DNA of 15,195 nucleotides from a virus (Duplodnaviria; Heunggongvirae; Uroviricota; Caudoviricetes): IMG/VR virus record IMGVR_UViG_2663763000_000006; one strand, 5' to 3'. Shown piece by piece: positions 1 to 8,194 of this stretch (position 1 is its first letter; each line of letters starts with the position of its first letter). The notes under the pieces were generated by a model. It saw only the letters and a program-made list of their open reading frames with translations, ran no database searches and was not told where the DNA came from. The position numbers and the translations under genes were made by a program.

Positions 1-1314
1 GGCAGATTTGTCAAAAGTCTGCCCCTGCATCAGGGCATAACCAGACGGAACGGTATCCGATGGCCACGGGATTGGTGCGCCAGGCGGATAAAACTGCTCT
101 GATGGCGTATAGAGTGAATAAACTGTACCGTCCGTTAACCCTTCCGGCTTATTAGCAGAATATGCTGGTGACGTATGAATCGTCACGCTGGCATTACTGG
201 TATAATCCCATTGAATATTTACACCAGTCGCATAATTTCCGATTGCAACGTAAATATCGTAAGTATCACCAGATGTATTGACCCAGGCAAAATTTGTAAA
301 CCCTGTCGATGTGCGCTGCCATAAAGCACCAGTAATCCCCTTCGGATTACCATTACCTGCACGCAAAACAAGTTCAGATATACCTGCCTGTTGAGGTGAA
401 CCGACGTTAAATCCAGCGCCACCAATCAACGTAATTGAAACAACAGAACTCGCCTGTGGCATGGTTACCGTTGCTAATTTGAACCAACCAGCACCACCGC
501 TGAATGACATTGTTGTTGAGTTAAGCGTACCAATATCTTTCGGCGTCAGTGTTATATCCGCCGAAAGCGCCTTACCATTCACCTTACGGGCAGAAGGTAC
601 CCGACCATTCGCATTGTCATTAGCTGCTTTCACTGCTTTCGGTGTTGCAGCAAGCGTTTCAGATGTGCTGTTGGTTGCACTACTGAGCTGGACAATTCCT
701 TTTTGTGCCGTCGTGGCGTCCTGTNNNNNNNNNNNNNNNNNNNNNNNNNNNNNNNNNNNNNNNNNNNNNNNNNNNNNNNNNNNNNNNNNNNNNNNNNNNN
801 NNNNNNNNNNNNNNNNNNNNNNACGTCGTGACTGCTCGTGCTTTGAGATTTTATCATCCACATATTTGCGGGTTGCCAGAACCACAGACGGGTCGATTTT
901 CAGCGTGATGGCTTTGGTGTTCGTGACAACCAGAATCATGCGGATAGTCTGGGTGCGTCCACTGCCTTCCTGCAACTGCGGTTTGTACGTTTCCGGGCAG
1001 TTTGCCACCGCAATGAGTACACCTTTATCATCATAAAGACCAATCTCACGGATCCAGAATCCTCCCTCGTCTTCAGGGATGATTTGCTCCGCAATAATCT
1101 GGCTCTGATTGTTAGGGTCAACATTCAGAAGATTCAGCGGTGCAATGCGTTTCTGGTTAATCAGTTTTGTTTGTGCAGGGTCTGGTGTTGGTAACACACC
1201 ATTTGCATCACCAACGGCCATTTGCGTCAGATTCAGCTTACTGCCGAGCATCGTCGCGTTAGCCAGTCGTGCCGCGCCCTGATTAGTCAGAATGGCGTAG
1301 TATTTCACTGTCAT
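1..1314 (-). CDS. H: Tail fiber protein, P2 gpH-like (partial; C-terminus lies beyond window start; interrupted by N-gap 725-822)
   Basis: Manual minus-strand translation from ATG 1314..1312 (ATGA overlap with the gpI stop) gives [48 protein letters not shown]...[14 protein letters not shown], then after the gap ...[24 protein letters not shown]... and stays open to position 1. Absent from the ORF track because it has no stop inside the window. Matches the conserved N-terminal region of P2-type tail fibers (from memory). Confidence 0.85.
   Translation of the reverse strand, partial: MTVKYYAILTNQGAARLANATMLGSKLNLTQMAVGDANGVLPTPDPAQTKLINQKRIAPLNLLNVDPNNQSQIIAEQIIPEDEGGFWIREIGLYDDKGVLIAVANCPETYKPQLQEGSGRTQTIRMILVVTNTKAITLKIDPSVVLATRKYVDDKISKHEQSRRXXXXXXXXXXXXXXXXXXXXXXXXXXXXXXXXXQDATTAQKGIVQLSSATNSTSETLAATPKAVKAANDNANGRVPSARKVNGKALSADITLTPKDIGTLNSTTMSFSGGAGWFKLATVTMPQASSVVSITLIGGAGFNVGSPQQAGISELVLRAGNGNPKGITGALWQRTSTGFTNFAWVNTSGDTYDIYVAIGNYATGVNIQWDYTSNASVTIHTSPAYSANKPEGLTDGTVYSLYTPSEQFYPPGAPIPWPSDTVPSGYALMQGQTFDKSA
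725..822. other. Assembly gap (98 N) inside the tail fiber gene
   Basis: Run of N characters seen directly; the flanking sequence is in frame with gpH on both sides. Confidence 0.99.
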
Positions 1315-1919
1315 GCGTTTACTCTCAGATTATCAATTAAATGAATGGCCGGGGCAGGGAAATAATCCCCTTCGACAATAATGGACTCCGGGGTGTAGGG
1401 ATAAACCGTCAGGGCATCGCCGTGATAGCATCCCGTACCAACGAAAATCTTTCCGTTCACACTCAGGCTGATCGCCAGCCCCGTCAGATGGCGACTTACT
1501 GGTTTTGCATCCGCAATAAGGCGCTCAAGTTCCTGATACATTTCATCGGTGATGCCCTGATCAAGTACTCCGACAACAATGCGAAATGTTCCTGGCTCCT
1601 CGTTGAGTTGCCACCACTCCTTTACTTCAATCAGGTAGCCGAGAGGCTCCACGGCTCTTCGCAGTGCGCTGATGGTCCCTTTGTGTCGGTGTGTCAGCCA
1701 TGCATCACGAATTACCTGTCGCTTTGTCTCTTCCGGCCAGTTGCGATCCCAGCGGTCAACGGAAAACGCCCAGGCGAGATAAGGCAGCAGATGCACCGGG
1801 CAGGTGTCCGGCGACCACAGCGTGTTGAGGTCTACCGGAATGTCTGTAATGCGTGTTCCGACGGCTTCGGCACAACGCATGAAATTGCTGGCTGATGGTG
1901 GTAACAGTGAATTACTCAT
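1311..1919 (-). CDS. I: Baseplate/tail protein I (P2 gpI-like)
   Basis: ORF 1311..1952. Start placed at internal ATG 1919 (MSNSLLPPSASNF...) preceded by GAAGGTGG, by analogy with the P2 gpI N-terminus; WAFSVDRWD and ERLIADAKPVSRHL motifs are typical of the Phage_tail_I family. Lies between J and H as in P2. Confidence 0.88.
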   Translation of the reverse strand: MSNSLLPPSASNFMRCAEAVGTRITDIPVDLNTLWSPDTCPVHLLPYLAWAFSVDRWDRNWPEETKRQVIRDAWLTHRHKGTISALRRAVEPLGYLIEVKEWWQLNEEPGTFRIVVGVLDQGITDEMYQELERLIADAKPVSRHLTGLAISLSVNGKIFVGTGCYHGDALTVYPYTPESIIVEGDYFPAPAIHLIDNLRVNA

Positions 1920-2808
1920 TGCGCCCACCTTCGCTGATGGTGAATGACTCACAGCGCGCCGCCTGTATGTCGCTGATGGCCATATTCTGTGTGGGTTCGA
2001 TTATCTCCACGCGTTGCACACCGTGCACATGCAGTGCGGCAGCAATGGCGGACAACGCCACGTCCTGACCGATAAGCCCCTGTTCAGCCAGCCACTTCCT
2101 GAATGACGATTCCGCCGCGGCCAGAATAGGTTCGGATTCCGGGCCGGGGTAAAAGTACAGTTTTGCATTCAGCCGCCATGTCACGATTCTGGCGCTCTGT
2201 ACCGTCAGGCGGTCGGCCACCGGGCGGGTATCCTCTGCATTCAGAACGGCGCGAACGGTATTAAGCAACGCCTCCGTTGCTGTGCCGTCGCCTTCAGTGG
2301 ACAGAATGGAAACCGTCACACAGGCCGGAGACGGGCTGATGGCCCGCGCATCACGCACCAGACCGCTGGCGCTGCGTGCAAAATACTCGTATGCACCTGA
2401 CGGGCCAGCAACACTCAGGCCGTCATACGCCCGCTGCGCCCGCAGTCTCAGCGAGGTGTCGCTCTCCATCACCGCGTCGGTGGTATCCGTTGCCGGAGTG
2501 ATAACCAGGCGCTTTGTGTTCATATTGCCCGCGAGGTTGTCCAGGTTTGTCCCTGAACCGTGGCTTAACATGCAGGCGCGTGCGCCCTCGTTAACCCGCT
2601 GGCGTAACAGCATTTCACGAAAAGACATGGTTTGAGCGATAACGTTCAGGGGCTCCGATTCCAGCTCCAGCGCGGCGGAGACGGCTTCACGCTGTTCGGC
2701 AGGATAGGACGCAATCATCATGGCCTTTGTGTCAGCCAGAATTGCTTCAAAGTCAGGCTCCGCGATGATGGCGGGTTCCGGTAACTGGGAAAGGTCAACA
2801 GCAGGCAT
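1912..2808 (-). CDS. J: Baseplate assembly protein J (P2 gpJ-like)
   Basis: 298-aa ORF; N-terminus MPAVDLSQLPEP... and overall pattern are collinear with P2 gpJ (recollection); conserved position between W and I. Confidence 0.9.
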   Translation of the reverse strand: MPAVDLSQLPEPAIIAEPDFEAILADTKAMMIASYPAEQREAVSAALELESEPLNVIAQTMSFREMLLRQRVNEGARACMLSHGSGTNLDNLAGNMNTKRLVITPATDTTDAVMESDTSLRLRAQRAYDGLSVAGPSGAYEYFARSASGLVRDARAISPSPACVTVSILSTEGDGTATEALLNTVRAVLNAEDTRPVADRLTVQSARIVTWRLNAKLYFYPGPESEPILAAAESSFRKWLAEQGLIGQDVALSAIAAALHVHGVQRVEIIEPTQNMAISDIQAARCESFTISEGGRNE

Positions 2809-2811
2809 GAT

Positions 2812-3162
2812 TTACTCCCTCAGCGTGATGGTTAACTCAACATTCTGCATGGTCTGCATGACAGTGCCCGACAGCGTCACCCCGGCGCGGCCTCCCGCTT
2901 TCCAGACAACGTCGATGGCGTCCAGGGCAATGCGGGGTTCCCATCGTGTCAGCGCAATCACGGCAGCACTCATGCATTGCAGACGCGTGGTGTTATTCAT
3001 GGGTTCGTCAATCAAATCAGGTACAAGGCTGCCATATTCCCGTCGCATAACCCGGCTGGCCAGCGGGGTGGTCAGGATGTCCCTGGCTGACTGTTTCAGG
3101 TGCTCCATATCATTCAGGTTTCCCGTCCCGTCCGGGTTCATTCCTGTGTAGCGGGCTGTCAC
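2812..3162 (-). CDS. W: Baseplate wedge protein W (gp25/GPW family)
   Basis: 116-aa ORF; size, position between V and J, and ATGA-type overlap with V fit P2 gpW. Confidence 0.88.
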   Translation of the reverse strand: MTARYTGMNPDGTGNLNDMEHLKQSARDILTTPLASRVMRREYGSLVPDLIDEPMNNTTRLQCMSAAVIALTRWEPRIALDAIDVVWKAGGRAGVTLSGTVMQTMQNVELTITLRE

Positions 3163-3740
3163 TGCGGGCCTCCTGTCGAATCGCTGCCACCTTTAACGCC
3201 ACCGTGTTTATGCGTATGCACTGTGATGCCGTTTGAGGTGAAGTTGCCGCCGCTGTGCGTGATATTGCCGCTCATCTTTCCCCCTTTTGTGACGTCAAGC
3301 GTCGCTGTTCTCAGAAGGTTTGTGCATTCCACGACGGGCGTATCCAGTGTCACGCTGACGGATGCCTGCAGGGTGGCTGTTTTCATGCCGCTGGCGCTCA
3401 GTGCGCCAGCGTCTGCGTCGTAGCGGAACACCGCGCCATCCGGCGCGCTGACCACGATTTCTTTCAGGCTTTTGCCGGGGGCCGGACTGGCATCACTCCA
3501 CAGGCTGCCAATTATCATGGCGGTTTCCGGGTTGCCGCCAATGCAGGCAATTACCACCTGTTCGCCTGGTGATGGCGGCAGCCACACATTGAAGGCTCCC
3601 GCGCGCGTGGTGTTCCAGCGCAACCAGCCTGTTTCCAGTTCGCCGCTGCGAACGCGCACGCGCCAGGACTTCTCATCAACTTCAGAGATGATCCCGGTGC
3701 GGATGATGTTGCTCAGCAGTCGCATGAGTTCTGCGCTCAC
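3159..3740 (-). CDS. V: Baseplate hub/spike protein V (P2 gpV-like)
   Basis: 193-aa ORF; size and position upstream of W fit gpV; start overlaps the stop of the S reading frame (ATGA). Confidence 0.88.
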   Translation of the reverse strand: MSAELMRLLSNIIRTGIISEVDEKSWRVRVRSGELETGWLRWNTTRAGAFNVWLPPSPGEQVVIACIGGNPETAMIIGSLWSDASPAPGKSLKEIVVSAPDGAVFRYDADAGALSASGMKTATLQASVSVTLDTPVVECTNLLRTATLDVTKGGKMSGNITHSGGNFTSNGITVHTHKHGGVKGGSDSTGGPQ

Positions 3741-4381
3741 CGTACAGCCTCCGCAATCCGGCCCAGCACCGTGTTATAAATCAGGCGCTCATCTGCCTGG
3801 CTGATACCCAACAGCTCACGTACCGGGTAATCGGTGAAAATGCCCGGCGCAACCTGATCGCGCTCACCGAACTGATGAACGCGTGCAATACGTGCGGCCA
3901 CGCCGCTGTAACCCACCGTCACACCGGAGGCATCTGCACGGGCTTTCAGGTAGCGGGCGGTGCGCAGTTTTACGAACATGGGGACGCGCTTTGTGCTGTC
4001 CTGGTTGATGCGCCGGGTGCGTATTTCCAGAAAACGGTCGATGTCATCCCGGTAAAACGTGCGGATATTGTTTTTATCCTCATCCCACCCGGTAATGGTT
4101 CGCCCGTATTTCCCCGTGTCGTGATGCCAGTTTTTCAGCGTGCGTGCTTCGTTATTCCAGATAAAGCGAATGCGCTCCTATATCCGGGTTACGCGGCGTC
4201 TGCGTGGTGTCCATTCGGTCCCGTCCGGCGCTTTTTGTGACCGGATACGTGCCTGCTGGGCGCGACGTAAATCCTGTGCCAGCTTTCTGGCGATGTTATT
4301 GATGGCCTGCTGATTCAGGCTGTCGCGGATAGCCTCAAAGGTTTCATCCACGCGGGTGAATGCCTTATCCATCGCTTTCAC
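3737..4381 (-). pseudogene. S: Tail completion / virion morphogenesis protein S homolog, interrupted by an in-frame TAG (4180..4178) and carrying about 57 extra codons
   Basis: N-terminal ORF 4178..4381 (MKAMDKAFTRVDETFEAIRDSLNQQAINNIARKLAQDLRRAQQARIRSQKAPDGTEWTPRRRR) and C-terminal segment ending 3737 (MFVKLRTARYLKARADASGVTVGYSGVAARIARVHQFGERDQVAPG...YPVRELLGISQADERLIY) look like the two halves of a Phage_tail_S family protein (P2 S / Mu G), based on recollection. Both are in the same frame, separated by a single TAG and an open segment with no family counterpart. Confidence 0.6.
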
Positions 4382-4832
4382 CCCACGTCACATCCTGGAA
4401 TACATGCGACCAGTCGCCTTCGGAAGAAGGCAGACGGGGTTTTGGCTCCGGCAGGTGTTCTGCCTGCGGTGTGCCCTGACTGTTGCGCGTGATGCGAACG
4501 CGTTCCCGCAGGGGGAGCGTAAACAGGAGATCGGCGCTGTCATCGTCATTGATAACGGCAGAAAATTTGATGTCCTGATTACGCTCCGGATTGAGCAACA
4601 ACTGTGGCTGATTTTCGGATAACCACGCCAGCAGCGGCAGCGTGAGGTCGTCCAGCTCTCCGGCGTAATCCATGACAAACATCACCATCTGATAGCGGTA
4701 AACAAACGAGGGCGCTTCTCCGGTCGTTTCAATGTTGCCGCTCTCCACGAAAATGGTGAATTTCTCGGGATTAGCCTGGCACCACCGACATCCATGAAGC
4801 ATGGACTCTCGCAGACTGTTTGTCTTAAGCAT
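4365..4832 (-). CDS. R: Tail completion protein R (P2 gpR-like)
   Basis: 155-aa ORF, MLKTNSLRESMLHGCRWCQANPEKFTIFVESGNIETTGE...; length and motifs (LLAWLSENQP) resemble P2 gpR; GGAGAG RBS upstream; overlaps the S start. Confidence 0.85.
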   Translation of the reverse strand: MLKTNSLRESMLHGCRWCQANPEKFTIFVESGNIETTGEAPSFVYRYQMVMFVMDYAGELDDLTLPLLAWLSENQPQLLLNPERNQDIKFSAVINDDDSADLLFTLPLRERVRITRNSQGTPQAEHLPEPKPRLPSSEGDWSHVFQDVTWGESDG

Positions 4833-4855
4833 CTGTTTTGCTCTCCTGCTCTTCC

Positions 4856-6736
4856 TTATACTGCGGGATTATTGATTTCCAGCACCAGGCTGCCGATATC
4901 GACGCCGTACGCGGCATTTTTAGTGATATCAGTTAACGTCAGCGCATTCAGCCCCAGTGTCAGACTGTCTTTTATGACCTGGAATGCCGGGCCAGCCACT
5001 CCATTCAGTTTCGGAGTAACCGTGGCACTGCCGGCGGTGAACACCAGCTCCAGCGTCTGCCAGTCGTTACTGTAATTCCCGAACTCGCCCAACTTTGTGT
5101 TTCCGGCTTTCTTGTGATGCATCAGATTCAGTTTGCCGTCTGTGGTCTGGGTGAAGAACGACATCAGGAACGGGTTACCAGTCCCGGTCATCGCCACGAC
5201 GTCAGGTAACGCTACATCGGTATACAGATAAATTCCCAGACCGAACTGGTTGTTGGTCAGTGCGCCTGACAGTCGAAACTTACAGCTCAGTCTGCCACCC
5301 CGTGTCAGCAGGGAGACTGCGTCATCCACCGGATGCATCAGGGACCAAGTTTTATTGCTCTGCTTGGTAACCTTAAACACACCATCTTCCAGCGCAACAC
5401 TGCCGCCGGTGATGGTCCAGCCCTGCGCAGCAGCCTCTCCGGCTGTCGGCAGCAGGGAGACTGTACGAACGGATGTGTCACCATCAGACGGCCCCGATGG
5501 AGTGTCGCCGCCGGGCGAGGGTTTGATTTCCGGTGCGGTACCGCTGATGAAGGCGCTGGTTCGACCAACTGCGTTCAGAATAGCGGTTGCCAGGCGATCC
5601 GAAATAATGCCCCTGCGTGCCCATGAACTGAAATGTGTCGGACGATTTGACGATACCCAATTACCATTACTACGGGATTGCGCGCCGTAATAACCTGCAT
5701 CAGCAATATCCGGGTCTTCTGCCGGTAAGTTGGTGGGCGTGTTGTTGCCGTTACCGTCGGTCATGAACGGCACAAAGAAAACGTTGTCGCTCTCCCTGTT
5801 TTTGTACGCGCCGTAGACGGAGTCATACTGTGTGCCGTATGTGTTTTTCCAGTAATACGTCGTGTCGCCACAAATCCACGGTATAACTGCAGCACTGCCG
5901 CCATGGCACTGCGCGTTAAATCCGGAAAGGTCAGTACGGAACTGCTTCAGCATGGCCGTGAACAGGTCCGGTTGCTGTGCGTAGGTGGCAGCGCTCATGT
6001 CAAATTCGCCCTGCATCCAGCACACCGCCAGCAACACATTTTTCGGGTTCTTCTGTAATGCCGCTTTGGTGCGTGCGATCAGGTCCTGATATAACGGCTT
6101 ACCCGCACCCCAGCGCGCCGAATCCTGGCTGGCCCCCGTGGTCGTACTGAATGTTCCCTCCGCGCCCTGAGTGAATGCCGAACCACCACGACAGCATGGT
6201 ACCAGCAGGATCCCCGCGTTATTCGGGATATACGGGAGTAGTTTTTTGGCAATATGAAGTCCCTGTCCCACACAGCCGTACTGACCTTTGCTCAGGTCCG
6301 CCTTCGGATGATTCAGCGTACTCATATCCTGCACATCATGCAGACAGTGGTCAGCCGGGATGATGTCGTTATACGTACAACCCTCTCCACCCGGGGGTAC
6401 CGTACTGCGGCGCGCCAGCTGTTTAATGCGCGGATCCGGAGCATCGTAAGAATCCGGTAACGGAAGCCCTTCACCGTAAGCCATGCCGTTGGACTGCCCG
6501 GCAAGCACAACCACGTAGTACCATTCCGGCGTCTTGTTGTTTGGTAATGGCTCAGAGGGCGTCTCGGTGGCACCATCGGCCACCATGGCCTGCATGAGAT
6601 ACCACGGGGTGCCGGGCTCGTAAGCTACCCGTGTGTCCCCCTGAAGATGCCACCCCTTCGCAAGATATTCATTCACTTTCCGGGTCAGTTCAGCCTGTGT
6701 CATGGCTGTAATCAGTGCAAAGTTCTTACTGGTCAT
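4856..6736 (-). CDS. Phage cargo (moron) protein: putative sialate O-acetylesterase, NanS-p-like (DUF1737-type N-terminal domain + SASA/SGNH esterase domain + C-terminal beta-rich domain)
   Basis: 626-aa ORF. N-terminal ~55 aa (MTSKNFALITAMTQAELTRKVNEYLAKGWHLQGDT...) resembles the small DUF1737 domain at the start of prophage NanS-p esterases. It is followed by WYYVVVLAGQSNGMAYGEG, containing the GQSN signature of the SASA carbohydrate-esterase domain. Start ATG 6736..6734 overlaps the lysC stop (ATGA). P2 has no gene at this position. Confidence 0.7.
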   Translation of the reverse strand: MTSKNFALITAMTQAELTRKVNEYLAKGWHLQGDTRVAYEPGTPWYLMQAMVADGATETPSEPLPNNKTPEWYYVVVLAGQSNGMAYGEGLPLPDSYDAPDPRIKQLARRSTVPPGGEGCTYNDIIPADHCLHDVQDMSTLNHPKADLSKGQYGCVGQGLHIAKKLLPYIPNNAGILLVPCCRGGSAFTQGAEGTFSTTTGASQDSARWGAGKPLYQDLIARTKAALQKNPKNVLLAVCWMQGEFDMSAATYAQQPDLFTAMLKQFRTDLSGFNAQCHGGSAAVIPWICGDTTYYWKNTYGTQYDSVYGAYKNRESDNVFFVPFMTDGNGNNTPTNLPAEDPDIADAGYYGAQSRSNGNWVSSNRPTHFSSWARRGIISDRLATAILNAVGRTSAFISGTAPEIKPSPGGDTPSGPSDGDTSVRTVSLLPTAGEAAAQGWTITGGSVALEDGVFKVTKQSNKTWSLMHPVDDAVSLLTRGGRLSCKFRLSGALTNNQFGLGIYLYTDVALPDVVAMTGTGNPFLMSFFTQTTDGKLNLMHHKKAGNTKLGEFGNYSNDWQTLELVFTAGSATVTPKLNGVAGPAFQVIKDSLTLGLNALTLTDITKNAAYGVDIGSLVLEINNPAV

Positions 6737-7014
6737 TGTGTTACTCCCGTCTGGTGTGTCAGTTCGGCTATTCTCTTATCCAGTTCAGCAATGGCCCGTT
6801 TATCCGCGTTACAGGTTTCCAGTGCATCCAGAAGGCGGTCGCCCCATATTCCGAGGTTTCCCCATGTGGGTGGGTCAGGGAAGGGGGGAGGCGTTACCGG
6901 CATGGTCAGCGTCTGCGGTATAAGCCGGACTGACGGCGCTGGCCGTGGCGCGTTCTGCGTGCCTGCGCAACCTGTCAGTAAAACGAGCGTCAGGCAAAGC
7001 GTGGGCGCATTCAT
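6733..7014 (-). CDS. lysC: Outer-membrane spanin lipoprotein (LysC / Rz1-like)
   Basis: Start placed at ATG 7014 (MNAPTLCLTLVLLTGCAG...): signal peptide with lipobox LLTGC, proline-rich mature part (PPPFPDPP). Reading frame begins inside lysB in another frame and extends past its stop, the overlapped Rz/Rz1 architecture described for P2. Confidence 0.8.
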   Translation of the reverse strand: MNAPTLCLTLVLLTGCAGTQNAPRPAPSVRLIPQTLTMPVTPPPFPDPPTWGNLGIWGDRLLDALETCNADKRAIAELDKRIAELTHQTGVTQ

Positions 7015-7282
7015 CTTTTGCAATATCGTTGCGTAGCTGTTCACGTCTTACCTCTCCGTCCTGATTGCGTTGCTGATTTTCCGCGCGGAGTTGAGCCAGC
7101 ACCTGCTGCATATCCTGTACCCCGGCGCTGATGATATTCAGTGTGTCGACGGTACTTTTCAGGGTGCTGGTCTGCGCTTCGTTTCTGGCGTTCTCCCGGC
7201 CCAGCGACCACGACAGACGCATGGATGTTCCCCATGCGGCAATCAGAAGGAAAGCGACGCCAAGCGTGGGCCAGAGCTTCAT
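6875..7282 (-). CDS. lysB: Inner-membrane spanin (LysB / Rz-like)
   Basis: Start placed at ATG 7282 (MKLWPTLGVAFLLIAAWG...), an N-terminal transmembrane anchor, overlapping the endolysin stop (ATGA); followed by a charged, coiled-coil-like region (LAQLRAENQQRNQDGEVRREQLRNDIAKDE). Confidence 0.75.
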   Translation of the reverse strand: MKLWPTLGVAFLLIAAWGTSMRLSWSLGRENARNEAQTSTLKSTVDTLNIISAGVQDMQQVLAQLRAENQQRNQDGEVRREQLRNDIAKDECAHALPDARFTDRLRRHAERATASAVSPAYTADADHAGNASPLP

Positions 7283-7671
7283 GCCGGATAGGCTCCGTGT
7301 GGTAACTGAAAATGCGGTCCGTCTTTCAGGGTCTTCCAGTCGCCGCCCCATTCCACCGGAATATTCAGTTCCTGGCTGGCCTGTCTGAATGCTGCTGCGA
7401 TTTTTTCGTACAGCGGCCATTCCCATGACACCTGGCTGCCGACATAAGCCACAACATCCACGGCATGCCCCGTAAGGTGGCGGCTGTTTATGGTATGGCT
7501 CTTACCCGTGGCCACAAGTTGCTTCTGGCGGTAACGGCTGCGCAATCCTTCGGTGATACCAAAATCCACTTCCGAAATTTCCAGTGCCCGTCGGGTCACT
7601 TTCACCAGATCAGGATTTACGCCCTGCAAATTCTTTTCGCTCCGGCTGCTGAATTTAAATGTGTTGCTCAT
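7279..7671 (-). CDS. Endolysin, peptidase M15 family (L-alanyl-D-glutamate / VanY-like zinc peptidase)
   Basis: 130-aa ORF with SRHLTGHAVDV (H-x-x-G-x-A-x-D zinc-ligand motif) and C-terminal DGPHF, typical of small M15 phage endolysins; sits between holin and spanins. Confidence 0.85.
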   Translation of the reverse strand: MSNTFKFSSRSEKNLQGVNPDLVKVTRRALEISEVDFGITEGLRSRYRQKQLVATGKSHTINSRHLTGHAVDVVAYVGSQVSWEWPLYEKIAAAFRQASQELNIPVEWGGDWKTLKDGPHFQLPHGAYPA

Positions 7672-7991
7672 TCGTCCTTCTCCTTCACCCTGCGATTAAA
7701 GGCCGCAATAACCTTGTCGCGTACTTTCTCTGCCCCCATAAAACCGATTGATGCGCCGATAAACGTTACGGCATCTTCAGGAAACCCGAAGAAGCGCAAC
7801 GACCCGGCCACGGCCATGGCAAGAACGCCGCACGCCAGCGATCCCGTTACGGTCTGAACCAGTGTTCGTCCGTCATAAAGACTCATCAGCGCGGAAATGC
7901 TGACCGCCGCGCCTACTGCATACACCGTTGGCAGGTGGTCAAAGAGCCACGCAATAACCTGCTCTGTGATCCCTGTTTGAATGGTGCTCAC
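7668..7991 (-). CDS. Holin (probable class I, three predicted TM segments)
   Basis: In-frame part of ORF 7668..8210. Start inferred at GTG 7991..7989, preceded by GGAG (8000..7997) immediately after the gpX stop. Hydrophobic stretches TVYAVGAAVSISALMSL, SLACGVLAMAVAGSL and AVTFIGASIGFMGA, with a charged C-terminus (RRVKEKDE). Start codon is uncertain. Confidence 0.65.
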   Translation of the reverse strand: MSTIQTGITEQVIAWLFDHLPTVYAVGAAVSISALMSLYDGRTLVQTVTGSLACGVLAMAVAGSLRFFGFPEDAVTFIGASIGFMGAEKVRDKVIAAFNRRVKEKDE

Positions 7992-7993
7992 TG

Positions 7994-8194
7994 CTACTCC
8001 CCCCACAACTGAATCATTTCTCGTTTCTTCTTCTCCGGCTCCGGCATCTCCACTTCCTGCCCGGCGTCCAGAAATACCTGCTGACAGAGTCCGGGGTTGG
8101 CATCCAGCACCTTTTCGGTGACGCCCTGCGTCGTGCCGTAGTACCGGAAACAGAGCGAATCCACGGTGTCGTCTTCCAGTGCCTTCACTTTCAT
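7994..8194 (-). CDS. X: Tail protein X (P2 gpX-like)
   Basis: Start at ATG 8194..8192 (MKVKALEDDTVDSLCFRYYGTTQGVTEKVLDANPGL...), overlapping the gpL stop (TGATG); 66 aa, size and position match P2 gpX. Confidence 0.85.
   Translation of the reverse strand: MKVKALEDDTVDSLCFRYYGTTQGVTEKVLDANPGLCQQVFLDAGQEVEMPEPEKKKREMIQLWGE

Noticed and set aside
461-1036. 191-aa plus-strand ORF, and similar ORFs at 1341-1895, 2282-2635, 2720-3151, 3100-3423, 3255-3572, 3472-3804, 3875-4240, 5250-5690, 8166-8610, 8820-9263, 10076-10546, 11017-11379
   Set aside because: All lie antisense to, or out of frame within, well-supported phage structural genes, have no RBS or recognisable protein features, and partly read through N. 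Treated as spurious ORFs expected in GC-rich DNA.
3980-4180. Intein or self-splicing intron as explanation for the extra segment in gpS
   Set aside because: At 171 nt the segment is too short for an intein (which also cannot contain a stop codon) or for a group I or II intron; kept only as an insertion or recoding candidate in the findings.
7041-7235. 64-aa minus-strand ORF overlapping lysB/lysC
   Set aside because: This would be a third frame over the spanin overlap; arginine-rich and low complexity with no start context, so likely spurious.
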